A DNA stretch of 64,000 nt from Gemmatimonadales bacterium (lineage in GTDB: Bacteria; Gemmatimonadota; Gemmatimonadetes; Gemmatimonadales; GWC2-71-9), in assembly GCA_025927545.1 (NCBI GenBank), contig JAICLE010000003.1, forward strand, positions 20,923 to 84,922. Direction: 5' to 3'. Both the position numbers and the translations under genes were made by a program. Shown in pieces: positions 51,719 to 61,208 of this stretch (positions are counted from its first letter, which is position 1; every line of letters starts with the position of its first letter). The notes under the pieces were generated by a model that was not told where the DNA came from, ran no database searches, and saw nothing but the letters and a program-made list of their open reading frames with translations.

Positions 51719-53494
51719 CTAGAAGAACACGAGGTTGAGCGCCAGCGTCAGCGCCAGGACCACGACCGCCAGCACCCACGGCCGCTTCCGGAGCGGGAGT
51801 CCCGCGTCGCTCGGCCGGGGTGTCATGGAATAGACCAGCCCGCGCAGCTCGTCGGCCGGGCGGGGCCGGGTGGCGAGGCTCACGACGATCGTCACCACGA
51901 AGCAGGTGACCCAGGCGACGATCGCAGTCCAGAATGTCTGCGCCAGCTCGCTGGGATACGTGTGCACCACACCGAAGTACCCTCCCTTGACCCCGGCCGG
52001 CATGCCGGCCGGCAGCGTGAGCCCGTGGTGGACGGCGGCGGCCAGGGTGCCGGCCAGGAGACCGGTGAACGCGCCGTGGCCCGTGGTCCTGCGCCAGAAC
52101 ATCCCCAGCGCGAAGGTGGCGAACAGCGGCGCGTTCACGAACGCGAAGACGAGCTGGAGCAGGTCCATGATGTTGTTGAACGCGCCCGCCACATACGCCG
52201 CCGCGACCGCGAGCGCGACCCCGCCGACGGTGGCCACCCGTCCCATCCACAGGTAGTGCGCGTCCGAGGCGCCGCGCCGGATGTGGCTCTGGTAGATGTC
52301 GTAGGTCCACACCGTATTGAACGCCGTCACGTTCCCGGCCATGCCCGACATGAACGAAGCCAGCAGCGCAGTGAGGCCAAGACCCAGCATCCCCGACGGG
52401 AAGAGGCGCACCAGCATCATCGGAGTGGCCAGATCGTAGTCGAGCACCACCCGGCCGGCGCTGTCGAGGAGCGGCGCGCCGTCGGCGGCGAGCTTGGCCG
52501 GCACGAGTCCCTGGGCGCCGGCGGCTGCCTCGTGTCCCGCTCCCAGCACCAGCGCGATCATCCCGGGCAGGATGACCAGGAAGGGAAACAGCATCTTCGG
52601 CAACGCCGCGATGAGCGGCGTGCGGCGTGCGGCGGTCATCGAGTCGGCCGCCATGGCGCGCTGCACCACCAGGAAGTCGGTGCACCAGTAGCCGAAGGAG
52701 AGCACGAAGCCGAGCCCCATGACGAGTCCGAACCACTCGACTCCGATCGGGTTCTGCGACGCGTCGCCCAGGGTGGACCAGGTGTGGGTGTACGCCCCGG
52801 CCGGCAGCCCCCGGGCGGACGCCACCTCGACGAGTCGCGCGGAGAGTCCCTCCCAGCCGCCGACCGCATGGAGCCCGAGCGCCACCAACGGCGCGAATCC
52901 GAAGACGATCAGGAAAAACTGCAGCACCTCGTTGTAGATGGCGCTGGTGAGCCCGCCGAGCAGCACGTAGGCGAGCACGATCGCCGCGGAGGCCAGCACG
53001 CTCACGTCGAAGCTCCAGCCGAGCAGAAGATTGAGGAGCTTGCCCATGGCATACATCGACACGCCGGAGGAGAAGACCGTCATCACGGCGAACGAAACCG
53101 CGTTGAGGGTGCGCGTCTTTTCATCGAAGCGGAGCCGCAGATATTCGGGCACGGACCGGGCGCGCGACCCATAATAGAACGGCATCATGAACAGTCCGAC
53201 GAACACCATGGCCGGGATCGCGCCCACCCAGTAGAAATGGCTGGTGGCGATCCCGTACTTGGCGCCCGACGCCCCCATGCCGATCACCTCCTGCGCGCCG
53301 AGATTGGCCGAGATGAAGGCGAGGCCGGTGATCCAGGCCGGCAGCGAGCGGCCCGAGAGGAAGAAATCGGTGCTCGTCCGGGTGAGCCGCCGAAGTCCCC
53401 AGCCGACGCCCAGCACGGCGGCGAAGTAGACGGCCATCACGACGTAGTCGATCGAGGCGAGCCGGGTGACGGGGTCGGGAGTCATGACGCTCAT
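51719..53494 (-). CDS. Sodium:solute symporter family (SSF/SGLT-like) transporter
   Basis: Start MSVMTPDPVTRLASIDYVVMAVYFAAVLGVGW...DFFLSGRSLPAWITGLAFISANLGAQE. About 13 hydrophobic segments. Only the C-terminal 591 aa of track ORF 51719..55255 belong to it. Confidence 0.9.
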   Translation of the reverse strand: MSVMTPDPVTRLASIDYVVMAVYFAAVLGVGWGLRRLTRTSTDFFLSGRSLPAWITGLAFISANLGAQEVIGMGASGAKYGIATSHFYWVGAIPAMVFVGLFMMPFYYGSRARSVPEYLRLRFDEKTRTLNAVSFAVMTVFSSGVSMYAMGKLLNLLLGWSFDVSVLASAAIVLAYVLLGGLTSAIYNEVLQFFLIVFGFAPLVALGLHAVGGWEGLSARLVEVASARGLPAGAYTHTWSTLGDASQNPIGVEWFGLVMGLGFVLSFGYWCTDFLVVQRAMAADSMTAARRTPLIAALPKMLFPFLVILPGMIALVLGAGHEAAAGAQGLVPAKLAADGAPLLDSAGRVVLDYDLATPMMLVRLFPSGMLGLGLTALLASFMSGMAGNVTAFNTVWTYDIYQSHIRRGASDAHYLWMGRVATVGGVALAVAAAYVAGAFNNIMDLLQLVFAFVNAPLFATFALGMFWRRTTGHGAFTGLLAGTLAAAVHHGLTLPAGMPAGVKGGYFGVVHTYPSELAQTFWTAIVAWVTCFVVTIVVSLATRPRPADELRGLVYSMTPRPSDAGLPLRKRPWVLAVVVLALTLALNLVFF

Positions 53495-55839
53495 GGGGAC
53501 GGGAGCCGGGCCAGCAGGTACTGCAGGGCGAGATCGGTGCTGCTCCAGAGCTGGACGTCGGAGCTCGTGCCGTAGCGGGTTGGGAGGAGGCGGCCGCGCT
53601 CGATCCGGTAGCTCCAGAGCTCGTTGTGCTCCAGCCCCGAGGCGCGCACCGCCGCGAGCGTGCGCCGGAGGGCGTCGGCCGCGCGGCCGACCGAAGGTCC
53701 GGCCGGCCGTCCGGACCCGCGCTCCACCTCGTGGGCCAGGCCGAGCAACAGGAGGTTCACCTCGCGGCCCCAGACAACCCGGGGGGAGTGGTAGGCGTCC
53801 CTGGCGAACGCCTCCCAGACGCGGCGCGGGGCGTACGCGTCGTTGGCGACGACGGGGCCCAGGCGGTCCACGAAGAGCCCGACCGGGTAGGGGCGCATGA
53901 ACGACTCCAGCGCATCGAGTCTTGCGGGGCGGGGCGAGGTCGCGTCGAGGAAGAGCTCGGTGGCCGGGTCGGTGTTGACGACAGGGATGGGCCGCGCGGC
54001 CGAGTCGAGCGCCAGGGCCAGGAACGCGAGCGAGTCGCCAGCTCCCGGGTGGTCGGCCAGGATTCCGCGCCAGTAGGCGCCCTCCGCCGCAGGCAGCCAC
54101 GCCAGCTTCGCTTCTGTCCGGGTGGAGATCTCCCGGGGACCCAGCGCTACAACGAAGTGGTGCCAGGCGCGATTCCACAGGCCGATCGCGCGGCGGAGCG
54201 ACGTCGTGTCGGCCAGGTAGTTGCCGAGCGTGCCCTTCGCGAGGTCCGGGGCAACCGAGTCGAGCGTCTGCCGGGTGACGCCCGCCGCCGGCAGCGCCGC
54301 AAGGATGCTGCCGATCGCCTCCAGCGCGCGCGGCGCCCAGATGGCGTTGATATCCATCGCGAAGCGGCCGTTCGCGTAGCCCGCGTCGCTGTCGCGCCAG
54401 CTCGCGGAGCGCCAGTGTGTGGAGTCGCGCTTCTCGAAGCTCACGAGGTTGCCGGGACGGGGGTCCCGGACGTACGCCTCGGTCTCGGCCGCCACGAGGG
54501 CCAGCTCGCGCAGCATCGACGCGAGGCGAGACGGGCCGCCGCCGGCCGCGCCGAGCAGGAACGCCCGTTTGCGATCGGCCGGCACGGTCGAGTCGGTGAG
54601 GTAGCGGGATTCCAGAATGGGGAGCTGGAACTCGTCGTCCAGCATGTGGTAGTTCTCGCGGGTCCGCTGGAGGTTCGCGAGAATGGCGCGGGCACGCGAC
54701 AGGAGGCCGAGCGAGTCGCTCGCCCGGCCGCCGGCGTACTCCGCCATCAGTGCGTTGTACTCCGCCGCGTTCTCCCGGATCGCCTGCCCGCCGAGCGCCT
54801 CCTCGTGGCTCACGTCTCCTCTGGGCGAGAGCTTGCGCAGCACGCTCGCGATCACGTGCTCCGACATCGCCGGGCGCCAGACCGGGCGCATCATGAGCGC
54901 CGTCATCAGCATGTCGCGCCCGAAATAGGTCGCGAAGTTGGGCAGGCCGGCCATTAGCTTCTCTTCCGAGCTGAGCAGCTCGACGCTCCGTACCTCGCGC
55001 TCCAGCCGCCGGGATCCGGCGCGGGCCAGGAAGTCGAGGAACTCGCGGCTGAAGATCGAGTCTCGCGGCAGCGGCGTCAGCGCCGCAGCGTCGGTCGCGA
55101 TCCGGACGGTCAGCTCCACCGGGGCGCCCGACCTCGACTCGATCGCGACCGTTCGGCCCAGGACCCGGGTACGCGCCCGGCGACGATCGACCCGGAGCTC
55201 CAGCCCCAGATGGTTCCTGCCGTCCAGCGACAACCGCTCGACCCGGACCACGCACTCGGCCGCGGTGCAGGCCGGCAGGAGCGTGGGCAGCAGCCGCGCG
55301 CGGAGCGCCGCCACACTCGCGGCGTCGAGCAGCGCGAGCTGCTGCCGCCGCTCGCCGGCTGGGAGCCGGGCCACGTTGGCCACCAGCAGCGACTCCTCGG
55401 CCACCCGGTAGGGCGGCGCGGTGAACGGCCGGAGCTGCGCGTCGGCGTATTGGAAGTCGCGCTCGACGCGCATAGAGCCGAGCAGAAACCAGCCGAGCGT
55501 GACGCGCGGCGTCCGGGCGTTCAGCCGGTATTCCAGCGTCCGCATCGCGCCGGAATCGCCGGCCTCGGCGCCGTCGGCACCCCAGGTCAGCCGCGCCGGA
55601 CGGCCGCTCCCGTCGCGCACGGTGAATCCCAGGCTCTCGTCCGCCGCGTCGGCCCAGAGGTTGACCACCCGGCCGCCCCGCGGCTCGAGGTAGATCTGGA
55701 CGGTATTGCCCTTGGAATCACGGTAGAACCGGGTGGCGTAGCCCTGATAGGCGGCTGTGTCGTCCACACCCGCCTCGGGAAAGGTGAGCACCGCCGGCTG
55801 CGCCGTCTGGAGCAGGAGCAGCAGGGCGACGGGTATCAC
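53491..55839 (-). CDS. Putative (alpha/alpha)6-barrel glycoside hydrolase-like protein (GDE_C/amylo-alpha-1,6-glucosidase-like)
   Basis: Track ORF 782 aa with GTG start. N-terminal hydrophobic segment. NFATYFGRDMLMTALMM resembles the FGRD motif of GDE_C-type domains. Overlaps both neighbours by 4 nt. The family call is tentative. Confidence 0.5.
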   Translation of the reverse strand: MIPVALLLLLQTAQPAVLTFPEAGVDDTAAYQGYATRFYRDSKGNTVQIYLEPRGGRVVNLWADAADESLGFTVRDGSGRPARLTWGADGAEAGDSGAMRTLEYRLNARTPRVTLGWFLLGSMRVERDFQYADAQLRPFTAPPYRVAEESLLVANVARLPAGERRQQLALLDAASVAALRARLLPTLLPACTAAECVVRVERLSLDGRNHLGLELRVDRRRARTRVLGRTVAIESRSGAPVELTVRIATDAAALTPLPRDSIFSREFLDFLARAGSRRLEREVRSVELLSSEEKLMAGLPNFATYFGRDMLMTALMMRPVWRPAMSEHVIASVLRKLSPRGDVSHEEALGGQAIRENAAEYNALMAEYAGGRASDSLGLLSRARAILANLQRTRENYHMLDDEFQLPILESRYLTDSTVPADRKRAFLLGAAGGGPSRLASMLRELALVAAETEAYVRDPRPGNLVSFEKRDSTHWRSASWRDSDAGYANGRFAMDINAIWAPRALEAIGSILAALPAAGVTRQTLDSVAPDLAKGTLGNYLADTTSLRRAIGLWNRAWHHFVVALGPREISTRTEAKLAWLPAAEGAYWRGILADHPGAGDSLAFLALALDSAARPIPVVNTDPATELFLDATSPRPARLDALESFMRPYPVGLFVDRLGPVVANDAYAPRRVWEAFARDAYHSPRVVWGREVNLLLLGLAHEVERGSGRPAGPSVGRAADALRRTLAAVRASGLEHNELWSYRIERGRLLPTRYGTSSDVQLWSSTDLALQYLLARLPSP

Positions 55840-58013
55840 CGGGGCGCCGCTTCGGCATGGGGCAGCAGCCGCCGGCCGGCGGAGTCTACGGCCACGTCGT
55901 AGCGCCTTCCGCGGACGTGCAGGTTCCGGATCAGCAGCCGGGAGACCCGGGAGGGGAGGACCGCGGGAAACGCCGGCTCGAGCCCGCGGTCACCCAGGCG
56001 GAGGCCGGTGTAGCCGAAGATCACCTGCTGGAGGAAGCCGCCGGCGCCCGTCAGGAAGTTCACCGCGTTGTTCGTCGGCGTCTCCGAGAGCATCAGGAAG
56101 GGTCCGCGCAGGTGTCCCTGGTAGCTGAAGGGAAGGAGCGAGTCCACCAGACGCCGGTCGCCCAGCTCCGCCGCATCCACGGAAAGCAGGGTGATTCCCA
56201 TCATCGCGCCTGCTGCCTCGTCCGCGAGCCGCCGCACGGCTTGCTCGAGATGGGTGCGCTTGGCCTCGTCGCTCATCGGCACGCCGAGCGGGTAGCTGAG
56301 GAGCGGGGTGATCACGCCGAGCGTCGAGTCGGGTGCTCCCGCATAGGTGCGCCACGCACCGGTGGCGGAGTCGATCGGCATGTTGAGCTTGGTCGCCACC
56401 TCGCGCCAGCGCGGGTCGGCGGCAAGGCCGAGTCGCGCGCTCGCGGCCGCGGCGATCTCCAGGTTCTTCCGGGCGACGGCGTTGGTGTACGCGTCGTCAT
56501 CGACGCCGACCAGCCCCTCCGCCACCGACACGACGTTCCGGATGTGGTAGACGTCTCGGCTGGAATCACGGGTCGCCCGGCTCACCCAGAAGTCGGCGGT
56601 CCCGCGGATCACCGGGAACCCCTCGCGCGCGAGCCACGCCGAGTCGCCGGTCGCCTGGTAGTACTGCCACTGCGCCAGGGCAACGTCGCCGTTCACGTGG
56701 ATCTCGGAGCGGGCATTCTGCACGGCGAAGTGCGGCGTGGTTTCGTTGCCCAGCTCGTCGGCTTCCCAGGGATACATCGTGCCGCGGTAGCCGTTCCCGC
56801 GGGCATTGTCCCGAGCGGCGGGAACGGTGCGGGAGCGGAAGGCCACGAGCGAGCGGGCCACGTCGGGATGGGTCAGCACCAGCGCCGGGAACATCCAGGT
56901 ATCGGAGTCCCAGAACACGTGCCCGTAGTAGCCGGCGCTCGAGAGTCCCATCGGAGGGATGCCGAGCCCGGTGCCCGAGTCGGCGCTGCAGAGGAGATAG
57001 AAGAGCATGGAGCGGACGACCCGCTGGAGCGCGGGATCGCCGTCGAGCACGATATCGGTTTCCCACCGCCGGGCCCACGCCGCGACGTTGGCGGCGGCCG
57101 CTCCCGCGTAGCCGCTCGTCCCCGCCGCCTCGACCCGGCGGGCGGCGACGGCGAGCGGCCTGGCCGTCTCCAGCGAGGTGACGAGGCTTACGAGATGGGT
57201 AAACGTGTACGGCCGGCCGGGCGAGGCATCGAAGGCGATCTCGACCGCCGCGGTATCGCCGGCAGCCGTGGCGTGCGCGGCCGCCCGAGCGAGGTTCCGT
57301 GGCCAGGTGACGTGCGCCACCTGTGCCAGGGTGGTCCGGCGCCCCTCCGGGACGGAAGTCATCGAGAGGCTGGCGAGCCCCGGCCGCGCGGTGGCCGCGC
57401 GCGTGCGGACGAGCATGTGTCCGGGATACCAGATGTCCGCCGGCGTCCAGCCGGGCTCCGCCCGCTTGAGCCGCGCGAGCGCGAGCCGCCGGGGCGGTGG
57501 CCACCCCGCGAGAGCGAACCGCACGCGCATCGGGCCGGGCTGCCGGGGCACCAGCTCGAGCCGGACTGCCGCGAGGCGGGGAGCGGCGCGGGAGACGAAG
57601 GTCTCGATCAGGACCGACGTTCGCCGGGCGCCGTCCACCCAGTCATAGGTGGTCCGGGCCGTGCCGGTCCGCATGTCCACGGTCTGGCGGTAGTCGCGAA
57701 TCGAGCTGTCGGTCGGTGGCTCGGCACCGAGCCACCGCGTCCCGTCGAACACGTCAATGGCGTTCCAGGCGGGTGCCGCCACGATGCGCGGCACGTCGTC
57801 CGGCCCGTGCTCGTAGAGTCCCGCCACCAGCGAACGCGACGCGCCGATCCCGAGCGCCGGGATCACGACACCCACGCGTCCATTGCCGAGGAAGGGCGAC
57901 GGCGAGCGCCGGACGTCGCGCGTGGAAAGCAGGAAGGTGGAGTCCGGCGCCTGCGCGGAAAGACGGCCGGTGGCGAGGGCCAGCAGACAGCAGGCCCCCG
58001 CCACCAGCGTCAC
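55836..58013 (-). CDS. Glycoside hydrolase family 65 protein with signal peptide
   Basis: Signal MTLVAGACCLLALATGRLSAQAP. GLSSAGYYGHVFWDSDTWMFPALV and YRGTMYPWEADELGNE fit the GH65 catalytic domain. Confidence 0.82.
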   Translation of the reverse strand: MTLVAGACCLLALATGRLSAQAPDSTFLLSTRDVRRSPSPFLGNGRVGVVIPALGIGASRSLVAGLYEHGPDDVPRIVAAPAWNAIDVFDGTRWLGAEPPTDSSIRDYRQTVDMRTGTARTTYDWVDGARRTSVLIETFVSRAAPRLAAVRLELVPRQPGPMRVRFALAGWPPPRRLALARLKRAEPGWTPADIWYPGHMLVRTRAATARPGLASLSMTSVPEGRRTTLAQVAHVTWPRNLARAAAHATAAGDTAAVEIAFDASPGRPYTFTHLVSLVTSLETARPLAVAARRVEAAGTSGYAGAAAANVAAWARRWETDIVLDGDPALQRVVRSMLFYLLCSADSGTGLGIPPMGLSSAGYYGHVFWDSDTWMFPALVLTHPDVARSLVAFRSRTVPAARDNARGNGYRGTMYPWEADELGNETTPHFAVQNARSEIHVNGDVALAQWQYYQATGDSAWLAREGFPVIRGTADFWVSRATRDSSRDVYHIRNVVSVAEGLVGVDDDAYTNAVARKNLEIAAAASARLGLAADPRWREVATKLNMPIDSATGAWRTYAGAPDSTLGVITPLLSYPLGVPMSDEAKRTHLEQAVRRLADEAAGAMMGITLLSVDAAELGDRRLVDSLLPFSYQGHLRGPFLMLSETPTNNAVNFLTGAGGFLQQVIFGYTGLRLGDRGLEPAFPAVLPSRVSRLLIRNLHVRGRRYDVAVDSAGRRLLPHAEAAPR

Positions 58014-58017
58014 GGAC

Positions 58018-60741
58018 CTACTGCGGCCCGCCGAAATCGTACGTCACCGACACCATGAACCGCCGCGGCAGGATGGGCCGCGCGAGGAAGATGGGATTGC
58101 CGCCCGTGCCGAGCAGCCGCGGGTTGCCTTCCTCGAGCCCCTTTCCCTGGAAGGCGTTCAGCAGGTCGACGTTGATGCGCGTGCCCGTGTTCGGCAACGC
58201 GTACCCCGCGCCGAAGTTGAAGTAGTTGTAGGCCGGCAGCGAGATACCGAGGGTCTGATCGACCGGGCGCGAGTCTACCCAGTGCCAGTCAGCCTTGAAC
58301 TGCAGAGCGGTCCGGGGCACCGAGTACACTCCCGAGATGTTCGCCAGCGAGGTGGGGACGCCGTTGATCCGGCTCCCGATGTCGGCACCGGCCCCGGTGC
58401 CCAGCTCGGCCTTGAGGATCGTGGAGTTGGCGAAGAGCTGCAGCCCTTCCAGCGGATTCACCACCAGCTCGAGCTCCGCCCCGTACGAGCGGTTCTCGGG
58501 CGAGGTAACGATGATCCAGGTCGAGCCACCGGTGACCGAGTCCACGACAAGGCCCTGGCTGACGATGTTGGTCAGTTTGGTGAAGAACCCGTTGAGCGTG
58601 AACCCGAACCGCCCCGTCACGCCCTTGATCCCGCCCTCGACCGACTGCACTTCGCGCGAATCGAACAGATCCACCTGCGCCGCGGCCGTGGCATTCAGGA
58701 ACTCGTCCAGGGCCGGCATCTTGTAGCCGCGCGACCCGGAGGCGTAGAGCGAGAGGTTGTCCCTGAGCGTGTAGTTGAGGCCGATGGAGCCGGCCCAGTC
58801 GGTCAGGTTCTTGGTGAAGTGCCGGAAGCTGTGGTCGCCGAAGGTCTCGTTGTCGAAGGTCGTCGCCGGGTTGTTGTCGAGATCGACGGTCGCGGTGTTC
58901 TCCGAGCTCTGCACGAAGTTGTTGTACTCCACCCGCGCCCCGAGATCGGCCCTGAGCTTCTCGGTCAGCTGGATCTCGCCCCCGACGACCCCGGAGAAGA
59001 CGGACGTCTGCCCGCGGCCGTTGGCGTAGCCCGAGAGATAGTTGAGGAAGCCGTTCTGCGTGATGGCGGTCGGCGTGCCTCCGGGCGTCGTCACCACGGC
59101 GTCGAGAAACCGCGGGTTATCCCGGACGTCCGTCAGGATCTGGGTGAAGTACCAGTGGTTGTCCTGCGAGTAGTTGGCAAAGTAGGCGCCCGCGGACAGC
59201 GTGTGGCGGCCGAGGGTCTTCCGGATCTGGAACTGGTCCTGGAACGCCGAGATCGGCTTGGAGACGTGGATGTCCTGCCCGGGCGCGACAAGGCCGTTCG
59301 GGGTGTCGAACGGCAGCCCGGGAGCTCCGGTCGTGTCCGCCGTGAAATGGTTGGTGTACGTGAGCTGGACGGTCGAACCGGCCGGCAGCCCGAGCCCCGC
59401 CTGGCCCTTGGGGAGCGTCAGGAAGTCCTGCACCGTCATGGCGCTCGAGGGCACGATCGCGTTCCACTCCTGCTGATTCCGCATGGCCTGTGCGGTGTTC
59501 TGGATGTGCCAGCCGTCCTCGAGGTCGAACGCCGCGTCGGCGGTGAACCAGCCCGCCGACGTCTTGAGGCCGTTGTCGAGTGGCAGGGTCAGGTCGCCGG
59601 TCGGGATCGGGACCCGAAGGTCGAGGCCCTCGTTGGTGTTCATGGACCCGTAGTCGCCGAAGCCGCTCACGAACGCCGGGTCTTTCGCATTCTCGAACGG
59701 CAGATCGAGAATGAACTGGTTCCGGTCGTCGATCACTTTGCCGGTGAGCCGGATGTAGCCGTTGGAGAGGTTCCGGGTGAGGCTCGCCTTCACCTGGCCG
59801 CCGCGAATGCCGGGGTAGCCGGGGTCTCGGACGCCGTGGTCGTAGCGGTAGAATCCGCCGACGTTGAACCGCCAGTCCCGGCCAAGCGGACCGTTGACAT
59901 TGAGATCGTAGCGCGCGAGGCCCTCGGTGGCGGCCGACGCCCGCATGGTCCCGGCCAGGTGATCGCCGCCGGTCTTGTTGATGAAGTTGATGATGGCGCC
60001 CGGTGTATTGGAGCCGAAGAGCGACGAGGCGCCGCCCCGCACCACTTCCATCCGCTCGATGTTCTCGTCGGCCCGGAAGAGGTTGTCGGCATTCATGAAG
60101 AAGGTATGCATCGTCGGAAAGACCGGCATGCCATCCTCCATGAACATCACGTACTCGACGCCGAGGATCCCGCGCATCGCGATGTTCTCGTTCACTTCGC
60201 CGCCCGAGCTCTCGACCCGGGTGAAGCCGGGGACGTAGCGAAGCATCTCGGTCGTGCTCCGGGGCGCCGCCCGTTCGATGTCCGCCGGCGTCAGACTGGT
60301 CACCGCCACGCTCGCATCGAGGTTGATGCGGGGCGTCTGAGTGCCGGTGACGACCATCGTCTGGAGCTGGAGCGGGTTGCGGCGGAGCGTGAAGTCATGC
60401 GTGGCGGTCTCGCCCTCGGCGACGGTGACGCTGGCCGAGTCGGGCCCGAAGCCCAGCATGCGGACGCGGATCATGCGGGTCCCGGCGGGGACCCGTTCGA
60501 GCACGTACGCTCCGTTGTCCTGCGTCTGGGCGGTCGCCGGCGTGCCCGCGGCGGACACCTGCGCCCCGGAGATCGGGCCGCCGCGATCGTCCACCACCGT
60601 GCCGCTGATCGTGCCGGTCTGCGCCGTCTGCTGCGCGTACGCGCTGGCCGGCCCGACGACCGGCATGACGAGCTGCCACGCGAGCGCCAGCGCGGCGAGG
60701 CGACGCAGGGGGAACCGTTCCACACGCGAGATGGGGATCAC
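58018..60741 (-). CDS. TonB-dependent receptor with N-terminal carboxypeptidase-regulatory-like domain
   Basis: GTISGTVVDDRGGPISGAQVSAAGT...YVLERVPAG (CarbopepD_reg). Plug region (VTSLTPADIERAAPRSTTEMLRYVPG). Long beta-barrel. GTG 60741 has GGGAGG 6 nt upstream. The track ORF extends to 60951. Confidence 0.9.
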   Translation of the reverse strand: MIPISRVERFPLRRLAALALAWQLVMPVVGPASAYAQQTAQTGTISGTVVDDRGGPISGAQVSAAGTPATAQTQDNGAYVLERVPAGTRMIRVRMLGFGPDSASVTVAEGETATHDFTLRRNPLQLQTMVVTGTQTPRINLDASVAVTSLTPADIERAAPRSTTEMLRYVPGFTRVESSGGEVNENIAMRGILGVEYVMFMEDGMPVFPTMHTFFMNADNLFRADENIERMEVVRGGASSLFGSNTPGAIINFINKTGGDHLAGTMRASAATEGLARYDLNVNGPLGRDWRFNVGGFYRYDHGVRDPGYPGIRGGQVKASLTRNLSNGYIRLTGKVIDDRNQFILDLPFENAKDPAFVSGFGDYGSMNTNEGLDLRVPIPTGDLTLPLDNGLKTSAGWFTADAAFDLEDGWHIQNTAQAMRNQQEWNAIVPSSAMTVQDFLTLPKGQAGLGLPAGSTVQLTYTNHFTADTTGAPGLPFDTPNGLVAPGQDIHVSKPISAFQDQFQIRKTLGRHTLSAGAYFANYSQDNHWYFTQILTDVRDNPRFLDAVVTTPGGTPTAITQNGFLNYLSGYANGRGQTSVFSGVVGGEIQLTEKLRADLGARVEYNNFVQSSENTATVDLDNNPATTFDNETFGDHSFRHFTKNLTDWAGSIGLNYTLRDNLSLYASGSRGYKMPALDEFLNATAAAQVDLFDSREVQSVEGGIKGVTGRFGFTLNGFFTKLTNIVSQGLVVDSVTGGSTWIIVTSPENRSYGAELELVVNPLEGLQLFANSTILKAELGTGAGADIGSRINGVPTSLANISGVYSVPRTALQFKADWHWVDSRPVDQTLGISLPAYNYFNFGAGYALPNTGTRINVDLLNAFQGKGLEEGNPRLLGTGGNPIFLARPILPRRFMVSVTYDFGGPQ

Positions 60742-61208
60742 AAGCGACCTCCCTGTGGTAGGAATCGTCCACGCACGCCGGGAGAGCCTGGTGCCGGTAC
60801 GGGCGCGCGGGAGCGGGGCGGATGGCGGAGTGATGCGGGGAATGACTGGGCTGGAGGATTGGGCGGATGGCCTGGACGGACGGAATACCAAACCCGGCAG
60901 CACCGTCCGACAAGCTCGCGGTGCACCGGGTTCATACGGAGACGAGGGCACAGCGGCCCTCGGGGCGGCGGTCCGCTCGGGACATGATCCATGCCGATTC
61001 CGACGAATGAACTGCCGTCGGCACCGGGATGAGCCGACGCACCAACACTGTTATGCCATCCTCGATTCTTCGCAAGGGGCGCGCGCCGTCGCCTGGCACC
61101 CGGCGCGGTCGCGTGTTAGCGTGTTCGGGTCCACGCCTGGCCTCCGCTTCGCCGGGAGACCCTCCGATTCTCACGCCGATTGGTGCCGTTGTCCGCCGTG
61201 TGCCGGGC

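Noticed and set aside
51719-55255. Single 1178-aa track ORF suggesting a giant fusion with the symporter
   Set aside because: Only the C-terminal 591 aa (from MSVMTPDP, ATG at 53494) look like a transporter. The N-terminal ~590 aa are an out-of-frame read across the 53491..55839 gene and are Arg/Pro/Gly-rich.
57883-60987. 1034-aa plus-strand ORF antisense to the TonB-dependent receptor (and similar ORFs 55857..58058, 53626..54957, 51698..53575, 61116..62633)
   Set aside because: Each overlaps a gene with strong family signatures on the other strand and translates to Arg/Gly/Pro/Asp-rich low-complexity sequence.
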